From the NCBI GenBank assembly GCA_013239625.1, contig MU053493.1:505793-569792 (forward strand): a DNA stretch of 64,000 bases, read 5' to 3'. This document shows positions 36,081-49,137 of the stretch, piece by piece; the stretch's first letter is position 1, and each line of letters opens with the position of its first letter. Source of the stretch: Lama guanicoe. Lineage: Eukaryota. A program made the translations under genes and the position numbers. Under the pieces are notes generated by a model. It did no database searches and was not told the origin of the DNA. It saw only the letters and a program-made list of their open reading frames with translations.

Positions 36081-38309
36081 AAAGGTAAGTTTTTAACACC
36101 AGATTTCTTAAAACAAGGTCAGTGAGCTTGCGTAACCGCTAGGTAGCACTAACACCAACCCCCTCCCCCAACAAAAATCTCTCAGGATTCCTTGCTGAGT
36201 GCTCCTCCCTAAACAGCACCTTTGTGCTTTGCTTTCTCTCTGTTCTCTTCTCTGGCTTATTGTCCCTCTGTGATCAGCCCATCAATCATGTCATTCTGAA
36301 ACAAACTTTATCAAAGCAGTGTGAAATGTTAGTTAAAGGCAACAGACAGTACTGAAATAGCTGCTAAAGCAAAATAAAAGAATCATGTACTCTGATTTGT
36401 GACTCAGAATATACCTTTTCAACATTAAAAATGTTTCTCATTTTATGTCATATACTACATAACTCTACACGATGATGCATATTACAGTAGGAAATAATAC
36501 AACTTGGAGAATGAGTTGCTATTACATAGTAAGATTGCAGAGATGCACATGTTGATCTGGACATTAAAATTCTACAAATATATTCTCTCTGTATAAACAG
36601 GCCTTTAGCACACATAAATATACAGGGTAGGTATAGTCCAATACTGTTTCTTTTGGCAAAAAAAATACAAATGAAAAATGGAAAACAGACTAAATACTGT
36701 ATACAGTCATAAAAGGATAATGGGAAGGTTGGGTAAACAAATTATGGCACATCTTTGCAACAAACTACCATACAAACATTTGAGGTAAATCAGTAATTAC
36801 TTAATGTTTAATGCACCTACAGTAAGGGACAACAGGACAATGAGAAGAGATTCATGCCTACACAGTGGTAAAGTGCATGATGGTGCAGGGAACAAAAGTG
36901 ATAGTATTCTGATTATATCACTTAATACTTGTATAACCTTTCAGAATTTACACCACCTACCCTATCCTTAGTGTTCTCACCTGTTCAGTGGGTGTAATGC
37001 ATACCATGTATTTTTAATGAGTAATAATGGTCTAATAAAATAAAACAACACTAATTACAATCTGTGGCAACACTATGACATGGCATACCAAGCCAAAAAT
37101 AAAACAATCATCATTTCATTGTCTCTGTATCAGCCTACACATGAAAATATACAGAGAAATACACATATATGTATTTTACAAGCATAAGTCTGAGAAAAAG
37201 AGACATCAAAGTTTGGATGTTGGCGGTTATAAATGGATGGAATCAGAATGTAGATGATGGTTTTTCATCATGTAACTTTTCTCTAGGGAGAATTTGAATT
37301 TTTATCAACAAAATTTCTTCTTTCAAAAATTATAAAGTTAACACAATATAATTATGCATACAGTTATGAGTAACCCATATAGGAAAATCATAGGGCTATC
37401 AAAACAAGAGTTGAACATCAATAGCAAATGTCACATCAGAAATTTCACGTGATTGGACTTCTCCCTGCTTCTGCTGCTCCCTTATCTTCTTATATGTCAT
37501 TCTGTAAGAATACTTAGATTACAGAAGACCAAAGAGATAAGTTTCAAATAACTTATAACACATCGGAAGGAAAAGAGATCTAGATTTTTTTGCGTGCGAT
37601 GTGCTATAGGAGACGTTTCTGCAACAAACACAGAAGCTTGACCTAGAATACAGCACAGTGGGTAGGGTAAACCTGAAACAAAATTCTTATATCCAGTAGG
37701 TCCAAGGTGAGATTAAGGGGTAGCAGTTAAGAGAAGGAATTTACATAGAAGAGGTTCAAAAGAAAGTCTAACAGCTGTTCTGAAATTAATAAAACAAAAA
37801 ACTGTAGATTGTTATAATTTAAATTAAAAATTTAATTTAAAACACTGGGGGTAAAATCACATATGTTTAAAAATGGAAGCAAAGTTTTAAATTGGCAATA
37901 ATCACAGGACTGTTATTAAGATGAGTCAAATTCTGTAAGAATTTATTTATTTTCCCCCTGAAGCTACTGAGGTAGATGAAAAAGTCTGCAGAGAGTACAA
38001 ATAAATAATCAGTATCCACATCCAAAATAATCTTAAGGAATGCCGGCTTTCCATTAAACAAAACACTTTAACATCAATCTATATTTTAACATTTGAAAAA
38101 AATCCTGATCAATGGAATTAAGCTGAAGTAAAAATAAGAAAACACTAATATTAAAAAGGAATACCATTAAAAAAAAAAACTTTACGGACTTTCACATAAA
38201 CATAAAAAAAGATGGACATTGAAACACAATTTCACATTTTCCAGAAAAAGTTAATTCCTCTATAGACTAAAACTCAAATATCTGGGGTTGCAAACTCCCC
38301 ATGAGAAAC

Positions 38310-38700
38310 CAGCAGCGGGGGTACCGAGCGGTACCCAACATCCCCGTCTCAGTCTCCGCCGAGCAAATTCCCGGCCGGTGCCTTAAACCGGGACGGAACC
38401 GGCGGAGGGCCAAGGGACGGAGGCCTGGAGGGACAAAAACCCTTCATCTAGTCCCGCCTGCCAATGCAGAGCGGACGCTGATAAGATTGGTCCGCGAGGG
38501 CCGCCGTCTTCCCCACCAGTCACGTGACCTTCCCACGGTTCGCAGCGCGCGCGCGCGCGCGCCGGCACTGCCGGACATGGGCTGGTCTGTGGCCGCGCTT
38601 TTCCGGGCGCGCTTTGCCGAGGACGCTGACAGTGGCCAAGCGGCACGGACCGGTTCAGTGTGCGGAGACCCGAGGCTCGTGAAATGTTCACTCTGGGATT
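38310..38700. promoter_or_regulatory. CpG island / promoter-like element 3
   Basis: High CpG density, perfect E-box GTCACGTGAC 38519-38528, CCAAT and ATTGG boxes, (GC)9 at 38545-38562, colinear similarity to island 1. Confidence 0.78.
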
Positions 38701-40472
38701 TTCATAAGTCAAGAAAAAAAGTTTCCGGGAGGCTCTGTCCCCCTCCGCTCAATTTCCACACCCTCGCTATTTTCCAGCGTAGTGTATAATAAAGTTTAAA
38801 ATACCGTAAAATCTACTCATTTTACCATTGCTTAGAGAGCAAAGTATTTCAGGTCCTTGGTCAAGAAAATTTTACAGTTTGTATATTCTGCAGCTGCATT
38901 CTTAGAGGTTAAGTCTGAAATGCTAAATTTAAAACGTTGAGAGGACAGGTTATAAAGTATCACGTGCCTTAAGTATTTAGGCAAATAGACTAGAATCAAC
39001 AAAAGCACAGTGAAATACTCCGAAGAGATTAAAAAAAATATATATGCGATGTTCCACACCTGTCAGAGGATTTCTGTTACTGTCTTCCACTGAACGTGTT
39101 TTATATAAAATAAAGAAGTTGGCTTAATAAAAATGAACTTTTAATTGAAATTCACAATCTAGAGTTGATAAATAACTCGAAGATTTTAGCAGTATCAGTC
39201 ACTCATTTATAAAACAACCTTAGATTCTTTTGCCATACACGTACATAATCCAACATGTAATAAAATTTGTTTTACATAAGAAATAACAGTACAATATTTT
39301 TCCTAATATAGATGCTCACATGAAATCCACGAATAAGGTTACAGATTCACATTTTTCTATAAAATTACTAACAATGTGTATATATAATAAGATGAGTAAT
39401 ATTACAAGTTAATAAACGAACATTTGGAAAATATTTGCTATATGTGTAGCGTGGTATTAAGTGTGACACTCAGAATACAGACTGGCCTAAAAAAAAAGCA
39501 ACTTAACTTTAAGCATGTATTAAGTCATGTGTGAACAGGTTGTTTTCACAAAAGAAAATGAATAAAATAAAAACAATAAAAACTAGACACCACCCTCCCC
39601 CCCAGCAAATAAAGTAACCTAATAAAAGAAGCCATGTTTACCTGACTGGAGAAAAAACGAATTGCTAATATTCAGATTTGAGAACTGCATATTTGGTACT
39701 TACACCAAACATTTAAAAATGGTACAAACATTTTAAGGTAGCATTTTTGACCCACCAATTAACTATTTACCAAACTGTGAAATATACAAGAATGTTTTCT
39801 GTAGAATTTTCTGCGAAAGTGAAAAATAAGAAATAAAGTAAATCTTCATCAGTGGTCAATAGACAATTTAGAGGACATACAGGATTTGGAATACAAAATG
39901 CTAACAAATATAATGTAGCTGTATATCTAGTGATACAGGGAAAAACACTACAATATACTGAAAATAAAATCAGTTTGGAAAATAAAGTGTGAATATCACA
40001 TGTGTATCTATGTCTTTCTATTAAAAATTTATATTTCTACATGTTAAATATATAGGGATATATAGATATTCATAAGTGTGAAAAATCCGTTATCTCTATA
40101 TCTATCTCTATGGGTAGATATAGATAAAGATTCTGTGTAATAAATTTGTAAATGTCTCAAAAAATCTAAATGTATACACAAGTTTAAAACTTAGTATGGA
40201 ATGACACAGAAGAAGGAATATGTGTATAATTAAATTTTTAAAAAACTTACAAGCTTCTGTATTTTTTAAATGTCTATAGTAATATATTCTATAATTTAAA
40301 AGATATTCTGATCCTCTATTCATTAAAGTTCTTCACCAGTGGTTCCTTGGACTCTGCTCTTTCCAGGACTCTGATCTCTCTCCTCACAATAAACATTAAC
40401 ATCTTCAGCAGCTGCTGCTGGGAGGCAGCCTGGGTTCTCAGCAATTTAATCTTGTTTTCATACTTCCACTTC

Positions 40473-40491
40473 TGGATGACAGATGGCGCTG
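40473..40491 (+). promoter_or_regulatory. CTCF-like motif, forward
   Basis: TGGATGACAGATGGCGCTG, identical to 50392-50410. Confidence 0.62.
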
Positions 40492-41329
40492 TAGCATGGG
40501 TCTTTGAAAATTTTCATACTGACACCTCACACTATGAATGAGATGAATTTTAACTAGGAAAATAGAGTTGTTCTTGAGGCTCATACGTTTCCTTTGAGGA
40601 TGAGTTATCAATGCAAATTTTCACAGGCAGATTTCAAGGGCCTTAGCAACAGGGTAGAATAGGGCACTCTCCGTGTGCCGAGAAAAGGCTGCAAAATAAA
40701 CTTTCTTGGGCGGGGGGGAGGTTCCCTTTATAAGCCAACACTTTTTCCTGGGTTCAGGAGCTCTCACAAACCCCAAAGCCCCAGGACCATTAATTTAGTA
40801 AAGAGTGAATCTGGGTGTAAAAAGTTGTTGTGGCAGAACTTGATTGGAATATTCAGAAAAAGGCCAGATGAGGCAGTAGAAGATGTACTGGGAAATTGTG
40901 AGTAATAATAAAACAAAAACAAAGAACAAACTTAAAGTGAAAGACTAGAAATGAGAAGGTCATTCACTAACAAAAAAAATCTGGGTGATGGACAAGAAAT
41001 TTCCTTAGCCTCACAATTTTTAACCTATGAAAAAAAATCCTACTTAAGCCACTTCATTTTAGAATCTTTCCAAGGGCTTATGGGCTGATAGGAGCCCCTG
41101 CCTCATGATTTTACTGATGCATTTCTCACTTCGGAGTGGCCCACAAGTGCTGGTGAAAAGAGATAATGGAAAATATTGTAAAACTGAATCTGACTCGTGT
41201 ATATGAAAAATTAATACATTATAAATAGGATATTTCAAATCAGAAAAGCAGTGGCTGAAGAGTTTACTTCTGAAGAAAAATAATGTTGGAGTAAGTAAGG
41301 GCTTGGGAAAAAAAATGTTTGGGAACGTG

Positions 41330-43080
41330 TCAAAGGGTACAGGTGCTGGCCTGAAGAAGGCAGGTTTGGGAGAATATATGCATCAAAATATATACACTAT
41401 GTCCCAAAACATAAATATCCATGAATCCAGACTTACATAAATAAATACTTTAATAAATGAAAAAATGGGGAAATAAGACAAATATTTCATGCAGAAGAAC
41501 ACTGAATAGTTTATGTAGATACTACCCCCTACAAGCCGGTGGAACAGAACTCCCTACTTCTCAAGTGTGGGCAGCTCATAGTGACTTACTTCCAAAGAGT
41601 ATAGTATGGAAAGGGGGAAAGAGGAATAACTTTTCAGTGGAAAAACCTGACAAACACTACCTCAGCTGGGTGTGCAAGGTCAGTACCAACAGTGCTAAGT
41701 CAGACTGATAGTATGTACCACTGACGTGATGAAAATGATGTCTTTCCTCTGTCACTCCTCTTCCCCCAAATCTACAGACCCAGTCTAATCATGAGAAAAA
41801 CATCAAATGAAAACCAGCTGGGGGACATTGTGGAAATACTGACCTGGTAGTGTTCAAAAGTGTCAAAACCATCCAAAACAAGGAAATTTTGAGAGTTTCA
41901 AAGTCTGGAAGAGCATAAGGAGACATGACAAGTAAATGTAATGTGGTGTCCTGGGAAGGATCCTGGAACAGATAAAGCGCGGTAGGTAAACACTAAGGAC
42001 ATTGAGTAAAGTATGACTTTTAGTTGATAATAAGGTATCAATATTTGTTTATTAATTGTAATAAATGCTTATGCAAAATGTTAAAATAGGAGAACTGGGT
42101 GTCAGACTGTATGTACTATGGTCACGGTTTCTCTGTAGACTGTTTTTTTTTTTTAAGAAATAAAGATAGTAGTGGATTCAAACCCAATGAATAAATGAGA
42201 CTCATGTGTCCATATGGTTATAAACACTAAGTGATCAAATGAGTGTGGAAGGAAGACTCCTCCTGATGTTAGGATACCAACTAATAGGAACACACTAGTT
42301 ACACAGTCTCGAAGCATCTCTCCCCATACATTATTTTTTATTAATTAACAAAAGGAATTGGAGAAACATAACTTTCTACCTAAATCTATTAATCAAAGTT
42401 ACCATCACCAACATCAGTGTGTACCAACATTACACGTCTCCTGAAATGATGCTTTCAGAAAGACCCAGCATCAGCTCAATAATATTCTTGCTAAAAATGC
42501 GTAATATAAATATAACCATGGGACAACATCAGACTAACACAAATTAAGTGCTATTTTACAAAATAGCTGACCTGTATATTTCAAAACTATAAAAGTCAAG
42601 AATTAAAAAAAAAGCCACAAAGGAATTACTCTAAATAAAAAGAGACTAAAAAGACATGAAAACACTAATTTCATACATCAACTATACTTCAATAAAAATT
42701 AGACTGTAGGCTACATAATAGTATTTAATCAATCCTAACTCTTCTGAACTGTGGTTATGTAAGTGAATGTTAGTGTTATTGAAAACGCACTCCAAAGTGT
42801 TCAGGTTTGAAAGGACATGGTTCATCTAACTTGTTTTCAAATGGCTTGTATATAAATTGTGTGTGTATGTGCACGTGCATGCATGTGTTCATACATGTCT
42901 ACGTCTACCCACGTCTATAGAGAGAATGCAGAATGATGAGAACAATAAATCAAATGGGGGTGGGGAATGGAAACTACCATCTGATGAATCTGGGTAGAGA
43001 ATACGGGAGTCCCTTGTCCTATTCTTGCAACTTTCTTTAAGCATATAATTGTATCATAATAACAAAGTTACAAAAACAAA
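41330..43080 (+). mobile_element. L1MC/L1ME-type 3' UTR fragments
   Basis: 'gtggaaaaacctgacaaacactacctcagc', 'ggagacatgacaagtaaatgtaatgtggtgtcctgg', 'tattcttgcaactttct'. Probably two elements. Confidence 0.8.
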
Positions 43081-43592
43081 ATTTTGGCACAATTGATTAT
43101 ACCACCCTTTATCACAATGTTTACAAAAGTGAATATAAATTAACATAGAATGACTGCCTAAACATAGTTAAGAATATTTATCGACCAGGAAGAAATATTC
43201 GTAGCATGTGTCGTTGACAAAATTTGCCCACTAGAATATGTAATTTTCTTCTAAAAGGATGAAGATTAACCAATACCCACCCGGTGGGGGTGGGGAATGA
43301 GCAATTTGTATCTAACAGGAAATTCACAGAAGACAAAATACAAGTTACCAAGAAACATATGAAAAGATTAATCTCATGTAGAAATCAGGAAAATAAAAAT
43401 ACACTTTTTCACCTACTGAAATGGCAATTTACAAAAAGTTACCTTATATGGTGTGGTCTAAGGAGTGGAGAAACAGGAATTCTCTGTATTGGTAATAGGA
43501 GCACAAATGTATTATGTTTCAGTATTGCATACAATGGCTGTGCTAACTATCCAGAGAAGGAAGGACTAGCTGAAATTATAGAATAAAATAAA

Positions 43593-43712
43593 AAGGAAGG
43601 AAGAAAGAAAGGAGGGAGGAAGAAAGGGAGGAAGGAGAAAGAAAGGCAGAAAGGCAGGTGGGAAGGAGGGAAGGAAGGAAGAAAGAAAGAAAGAGGAAAC
43701 GAAAGGAAAGGA
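43593..43712 (+). repeat. Purine-rich (GGAA/GAAA) low-complexity tract
   Basis: Almost exclusively A and G. Confidence 0.9.
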
Positions 43713-44759
43713 GAATCAATCTATCTATATTGAATATTTTTATTTTCCGTATTTCTAATTGTCTTCTATGTATTTTAAGATTATTTATGCTTTATAAAAT
43801 CATAAACATTTGAAGGGAATACTCAAGAATTTGGAAATGATGCCAATGTGAATGGCAGATTAAGTTACCACTGTCATTAACTGGTATGGCTGACTAATTC
43901 CTGTTATGTCTGCTGAAATATTTGTGAAATGAAACACTACTCCAAATAGTTAGAATGGTATAGAGTGTTCTCAGAATATAATAAATCTCTTATATTCAAC
44001 TGAAGGAAACGATTTTCATTTTTTAAATTTTTCTCTTTGCTTTCCATATCTCAATATTGAACAAAATTTAAAGAAAACACTTGAAGAGTCCTCATATTAT
44101 TCATGGTTTCCCACTCTAAACATAGATATGTACCTCAGGTGCTTGATGTTGGAGCTTACAGCTGGACCCATCCATCTACCAACTGCATCACCAGGATTCT
44201 GGCCAGGACAGGAATAGAGCCTGGCATGTTTTTTTAAAGCCATAGAAATGCATTGGAGATTATCATGTGCCCTCTGGCTGCCATGAATCATGGGTAGACG
44301 CTGTGATTATTTTTCACGTGCTTGGTAATATTCAGAGTGATTTTGAGTTACAATTTAAAATTTTTTCTGTCCTACATAAGAAAGGCTATAGCGTAATGAA
44401 CAATAATGGGTCATTTCAAAGACACTAACTATTTACATCTGAGGTTTCCCCCTCACTCTATCAAAACAAGTCTTTCAGACAACATTGTGGACCTTCCTAC
44501 TGTTCAAGAAGGTGGACACTTCCCACTCTCCATCTTATTTGACCACTCCTCTGCAGTCACACATTCATAAGCCTCCTCCTTTCTAAACAGCCTCCTCTCT
44601 GTTTCTGGACCTCCATTCTCCTTCTTGTCCACAAAACATTCTGACTAGTCTAATTCAGCCTCATTTTTTGGTTCCCTCTCCTCTGTGCCTGACCACCCAA
44701 TGCTGGAAAACATAAGCCATGGTGGTATCCCCTCCATGTTATCCTTTTCCATGTGTGCA

Positions 44760-45000
44760 ACAGTGGCTGTGATCATTCCACTCCCCGCATGCAAACCAGT
44801 GTGTAGTCCCCACCCACACTGACTCCAGGCTGGGTTACATGTCTTGCTTTTGCCAAAAAGACAATCCCAAATGTGACATAACCAGAGATGCAGAAAAAGT
44901 ACTTGCACATAGGGCTTGCTTTCTCCTGTGTTCTTAAGAATGCCATAACTATGGAAGGAGGCTGGGCTAGCCTGCTCAATAATGAGAGAAACATCACTAA
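44760..45000 (+). mobile_element. Old MLT1 (I/J-like) LTR fragment
   Basis: 'ctgactccaggctgggttacatgtcttgcttttgccaa..aaagtacttgcacatagggcttgc'. Confidence 0.6.
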
Positions 45001-45034
45001 ATCTTCCTTGTCACTTAAGTTGCTACCAAGCCAA

Positions 45035-45487
45035 ACATTTTTTTTTTCAAAGAAAACATACGGATGGCCAACAGGCACATGAAAAGATATGCAACATCAC
45101 TAACTACTAGGGAAATGCAAATCAAAACCATAATGAGATACCACCACACGCTTGTCAGAATGGCTATTACCAAAAAGACAAGAAATAACAAGTAATGGTG
45201 AGGATGCAGAAGAAAGGGAACCCCTGTGCACAATTGGTGGAGTGTAAATCAGTTCAGCCGCTACAGAAAACAATATGGAGTGTCCTCAAAAAAATAAGAA
45301 TAGAACTACCATGTGATCCATCTCTTTCACTACTTGTCCAAAGAATATGAAAACACCAATTTGAAAAGATACACGCACCTCTGTGTTCATCACCACATTA
45401 TTTACAATAGCCTAGAGATGGAAAAAACATAAGTACCCACCAACAGATGAATGGACAAAGAAGATGTGATACATGTGAGATATATAA

Positions 45488-45534
<47 letters not shown>

Positions 45535-45715
45535 GGAATACTACTCAGCCATAAAAAATGAATTTGTGCCATCTGGGACAACATAGATGGACCTTGAGGA
45601 TATTACATTAAATAAAGTGATTCAGATGGAGAAAGACAAATACCATATGATTTCACTCATGTGGAATATTAAAAAAATCAAATAAATAAACGAAAAATAA
45701 AATGAATAAACCAAA
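45035..45715 (+). mobile_element. L1 ORF2-end fragment containing a (CA)n microsatellite (~45492-45532)
   Basis: 'gatggccaacaggcacatgaaaagat..gggaaatgcaaatcaaaaccataatgagatacc', 'caatggaatactactcagccataaaaa'. Confidence 0.9.
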
Positions 45716-46839
45716 GATTAGTGGGAGAGGAAAACATCATAGGACTTGGAAAGCAGATGGGACTTGGACTCACTGTTCTGTCTGTTCACAGAGATAGAAC
45801 AACATCCTACAGAGAGAAAGACTCTGTGGTGAGTGGTAAGAACCTCAGGGCAGAACGCTGTCAGATCCAAGGTTCATGCAACAGAGGCATTTATGCTGAC
45901 CTGTGTCCTAACGGGCTGCCCCCAAATCATGCTAACATGAGGGCACTGGCATAGATGACCAAAAGCAACAAAACAGCACAGCACTACAAACAATCCTCAT
46001 GCTTGTGAAGAATCCCCTGTTGCACAGAGGACTGCTGTATTTCTCCCCACTTATACAGCTCTTTGGTGTCATCTTGCATAGACACAGATCTGGACAAGAG
46101 AGTTCCCAGGACAACATAAGTAACCACTGTACTCACTGGGGAAGAAAAATCTTTAATTCTCATTCTTGCCTGCATGCAAGAAGAGGATACAAAAGATTTG
46201 ACGCCAGTTCGAGAAATGTATCTGATTTTCTAAGTCACTGCTTTCATCCAAATTCAGTGTGCATGGAGTCTTCCCAGCACCTCAAGCTCATAACTCACCC
46301 TTTGTCACATTATTGCTTATTTCCCATTCCAAATTTAACCACAGTCCCCCCTGCATCCCACCATGAAGTTTGGACACGCATCTGGTGAGCAAATTGAGAC
46401 AAAATGTGTGGTACTGGATTTAAGCCTGTTTTTCAACTACATGACCAGAAAATGGGTTCTCACCGTTAGTACCCCGGAGGGAAGAAACGACAGTCATCAT
46501 CCCTTCTTAAAAAGCTTCCCCCTAAATTCTCACCTATGACACAGCCACGAGGTACATGGGATACAGTGAGGCAGCCATACAGGCTGATAACACAGGCTTC
46601 AGGAAGACCCATTTCCATTCAGGAGTTGGCAGCCTGAGTCTCTCCTCGTCCCACCATTCCCTCCCAGAAATGACAGACGCCAACCCAATTCATGCCGGCA
46701 AGGAAGGGAAGCTTTTACAGTTAGATCCTGGAAACCAGTTTTGGATGCAATGAAACATTCCTGGTTTTCCTAGAGCTTTTTCCACCGCAAGCGCTTTGCA
46801 CCCCTGACCTAGGTTCTACATTAGGACGTGTATTTAGGT

Positions 46840-46980
46840 CAACCAGAGGGCGTTTTTAAACATTGGTGAGCCCATTCCCAGAGTTTCAGCCTTATGGACC
46901 AGGGTGGCCTCAGTATCTCCGCTTCTAACAAGTTTGCATTGGTGCTACCGCTATTCTGGAGAACACACTTGGAGAACAGA
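46840..46980. mobile_element. MER5-like hAT-Charlie fossil
   Basis: 'cccagagtttc..gcttctaacaagttt..ggtgct..cacacttggagaac'. Confidence 0.55.
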
Positions 46981-47259
46981 GAGAGTGGCTGTTAGGAAGC
47001 GGGGCTCAGATGCTGAGGTGAGACTTATTTAGGCCCGCTCACCTCCAGGTTGACAATCTGCCCAAACTGCCTTCATGCAGCTGCTGTCTTTCCAAAATTA
47101 GGGTTTGTTATTTGACTCTAATCCTACTCTGGTGACCCACACAGCTCATTTCCAGGTCCCATCACCGTGGTTAGATGTCAGAGAACAGAAAGGGGTAAAT
47201 GCTTGTGCAGTTTGGCTGCGGTCTATTGATGCTGTACAATGTCACAAAACGAACACTTG

Positions 47260-47560
47260 GGGGCCGTGAGCTCCAGCGGCGGGAGGAGCTGGAAGAATGA
47301 CAGGTCAACACTCCCTCATATCTCCCCCCGCCCAGCCCTCGAGCTTTCTGGAAGGTGCCAAACTGGCGCAGCCGCAAAGCAGGTTCCGCAGTGCTGTAGG
47401 AAGACTGCGCAAGCGCCAGGAAGCCCCCTCCCCGCGCGGAACAGTCCCTGCAGTGCACCAAGAGTGCGCATGCGCGGTGAAACCCCCTTCCCTCGCGAGG
47501 CAGACCCCTGCAGTGCAGTGAAAAGAGAGCGCAGGCGCCAGAAGGCCCCCTCCCTTGCAG
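47260..47560. promoter_or_regulatory. CpG-rich element with three ~60-bp degenerate repeats, each with an NRF1 motif
   Basis: TGCGCAAGCGC 47406, TGCGCATGCGC 47465 and GCGCAGGCGC 47529. Each is preceded by 'cc(t)gcagtgc' and followed by a C-rich run. Confidence 0.72.
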
Positions 47561-48689
47561 GGCTGAGCTGGTCTCCACCCGTCCCCTCCCACCTCCTCTT
47601 CCAGGTGATTGACACTAGACGTGGCCTAAGGGATGGAAGGCTGCAGAATGGTGGTCCTAGGAGACCAGTTTCCAAATACAAATGCGCCACAAACGTGCTG
47701 TGTTACCGCGACATAACCTAAGCACCTATTCTAGTCCCCGAGCTGACGGAGTTGAGAATGGGGAAGTTAGCTAACAGTGATTTCTGAAATCAGAGCTCTC
47801 TTAGACTGCAATGTTCAATCCACTCTGATTTCTTCGAAATTCTTCACCCTTGCAGCCTTCAGATGGCATGTTAGGAGGCCAGTTGCAACTGGCCTCTTCT
47901 TCTGCTTAAGTCCTGGATGTCAGGTTTTTAACCTCCTCGCACCTCCACCAATGAGGCCAGAGCTTCTTCCAAATTCTACTCTCTCACAGGTCCAGGAAGT
48001 CAGGATAGTAGCAGAGCAGAGGACCTGGTCCCTCTGCGGTCCTGTTGAGGGGAGAAGAGTCCCTGTGGAACCAGGGCTCTGGAGCAGAGCCCCTCTCCTG
48101 CGTCTGCCCTCCAATTTCTACCTTGCTCTTCCCTATGCCTTTTTTTTTTCCAGGCTGAGAAACACATTTCCCCAACAGGCTCATATTTAAACATTCTGGT
48201 TTCATACTTCGCATTTCAAACCATCAGCATCCCGCCCCAGGGCTCCCGCTAAACCAGACTTCTTTGGGCAGCAGAGATCTGGGAGAGCACAGCAGAGCTG
48301 GTTTTTCACATTGACACAACATTTCCTAAGGTACAGCGTTTTTCCTTACTCAAACATCGAAGAAACCCTCCACAGATGACCCCTTCCCACTAGATCAGGG
48401 TCTCACATGACCTCACAGTTGCATCAGACAGGATAGCAGGTGCACAGAACCTGACCCATAGAGGAAAGCTGGCCAGAGTCCCATCATCTCTCACTTAGGG
48501 GACTGTCCTAGTCGCTGAGCATATTTTCCTCCTTCCTTTCTTTTCCCTCCCCTAGCCCATAATCATCAATGCACCAGAAAGAGTCAGACAGTGCCCAGCC
48601 TCTGTTCCACCCCCTGCAATGGCTGCTGACTGCACTCTGTGGAAGCCAGACTCCTCACCCTGCCCTGGATGCTGTGGATGGCTGTAAAT

Positions 48690-49137
48690 GACCCCTCTGA
48701 CTTCAGCTACACATCATCCCCACTGCCCCCCTGGCCATTCCTCTGACAAATGAGCTCTCCTGTAGAGCCTTTGCTCTCTGCCCTGAACAACCCCCATTCT
48801 GCTCCTGCTTGATTAACTCTTTCCCATCCTTCAACTCTGCTTAAAATTCGCACAACTGAATCCTTTCACAACCACCCTACTCATTCTTGAAAACTGCATG
48901 CCCCTAACCAGCCCTTCTCTTTTCACCCTCCATGTCACATTTGCCCCCTGCACTCTTCTTCTTACTCATTATATAATTTACTGTACAGAAGTTTTATATA
49001 TATATAAATCATAATATAAATTATGATTGTAAACTTACAAGAATGGGAAGCTCTAGTTTTGTACACTAATGTATTTCAAGTCCCTATGAGAGCGCTCAAT
49101 ATGTAATAGGTGTTCAGTAGATATTTATTAAATAAAT
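48690..49137. mobile_element. L2 3' fragment
   Basis: 'gattgtaaacttacaagaatggga..taataggtgttcagtagatatttattaaataaat', a typical L2 terminus. Confidence 0.6.

Noticed and set aside
36861..36900. CACAGTG plus 23-24 bp plus acaaaagtg as a V(D)J recombination signal
   Set aside because: Poor nonamer and no upstream V or J coding segment.
45932..46117. Cys-rich minus ORF resembling a beta-defensin, and plus-strand 'LQTILMLV' resembling a V1R motif
   Set aside because: Cysteine spacing (6-10-11-5-CC) does not fit the defensin pattern, there is no signal-peptide exon, and the V1R similarity does not extend.
46837..46855. Additional CTCF-like word GGTCAACCAGAGGGCGTTT (and a reverse one near 63693-63711)
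   Set aside because: Weaker matches. The first overlaps a MER5-like fossil, and neither shares the array's flanks.
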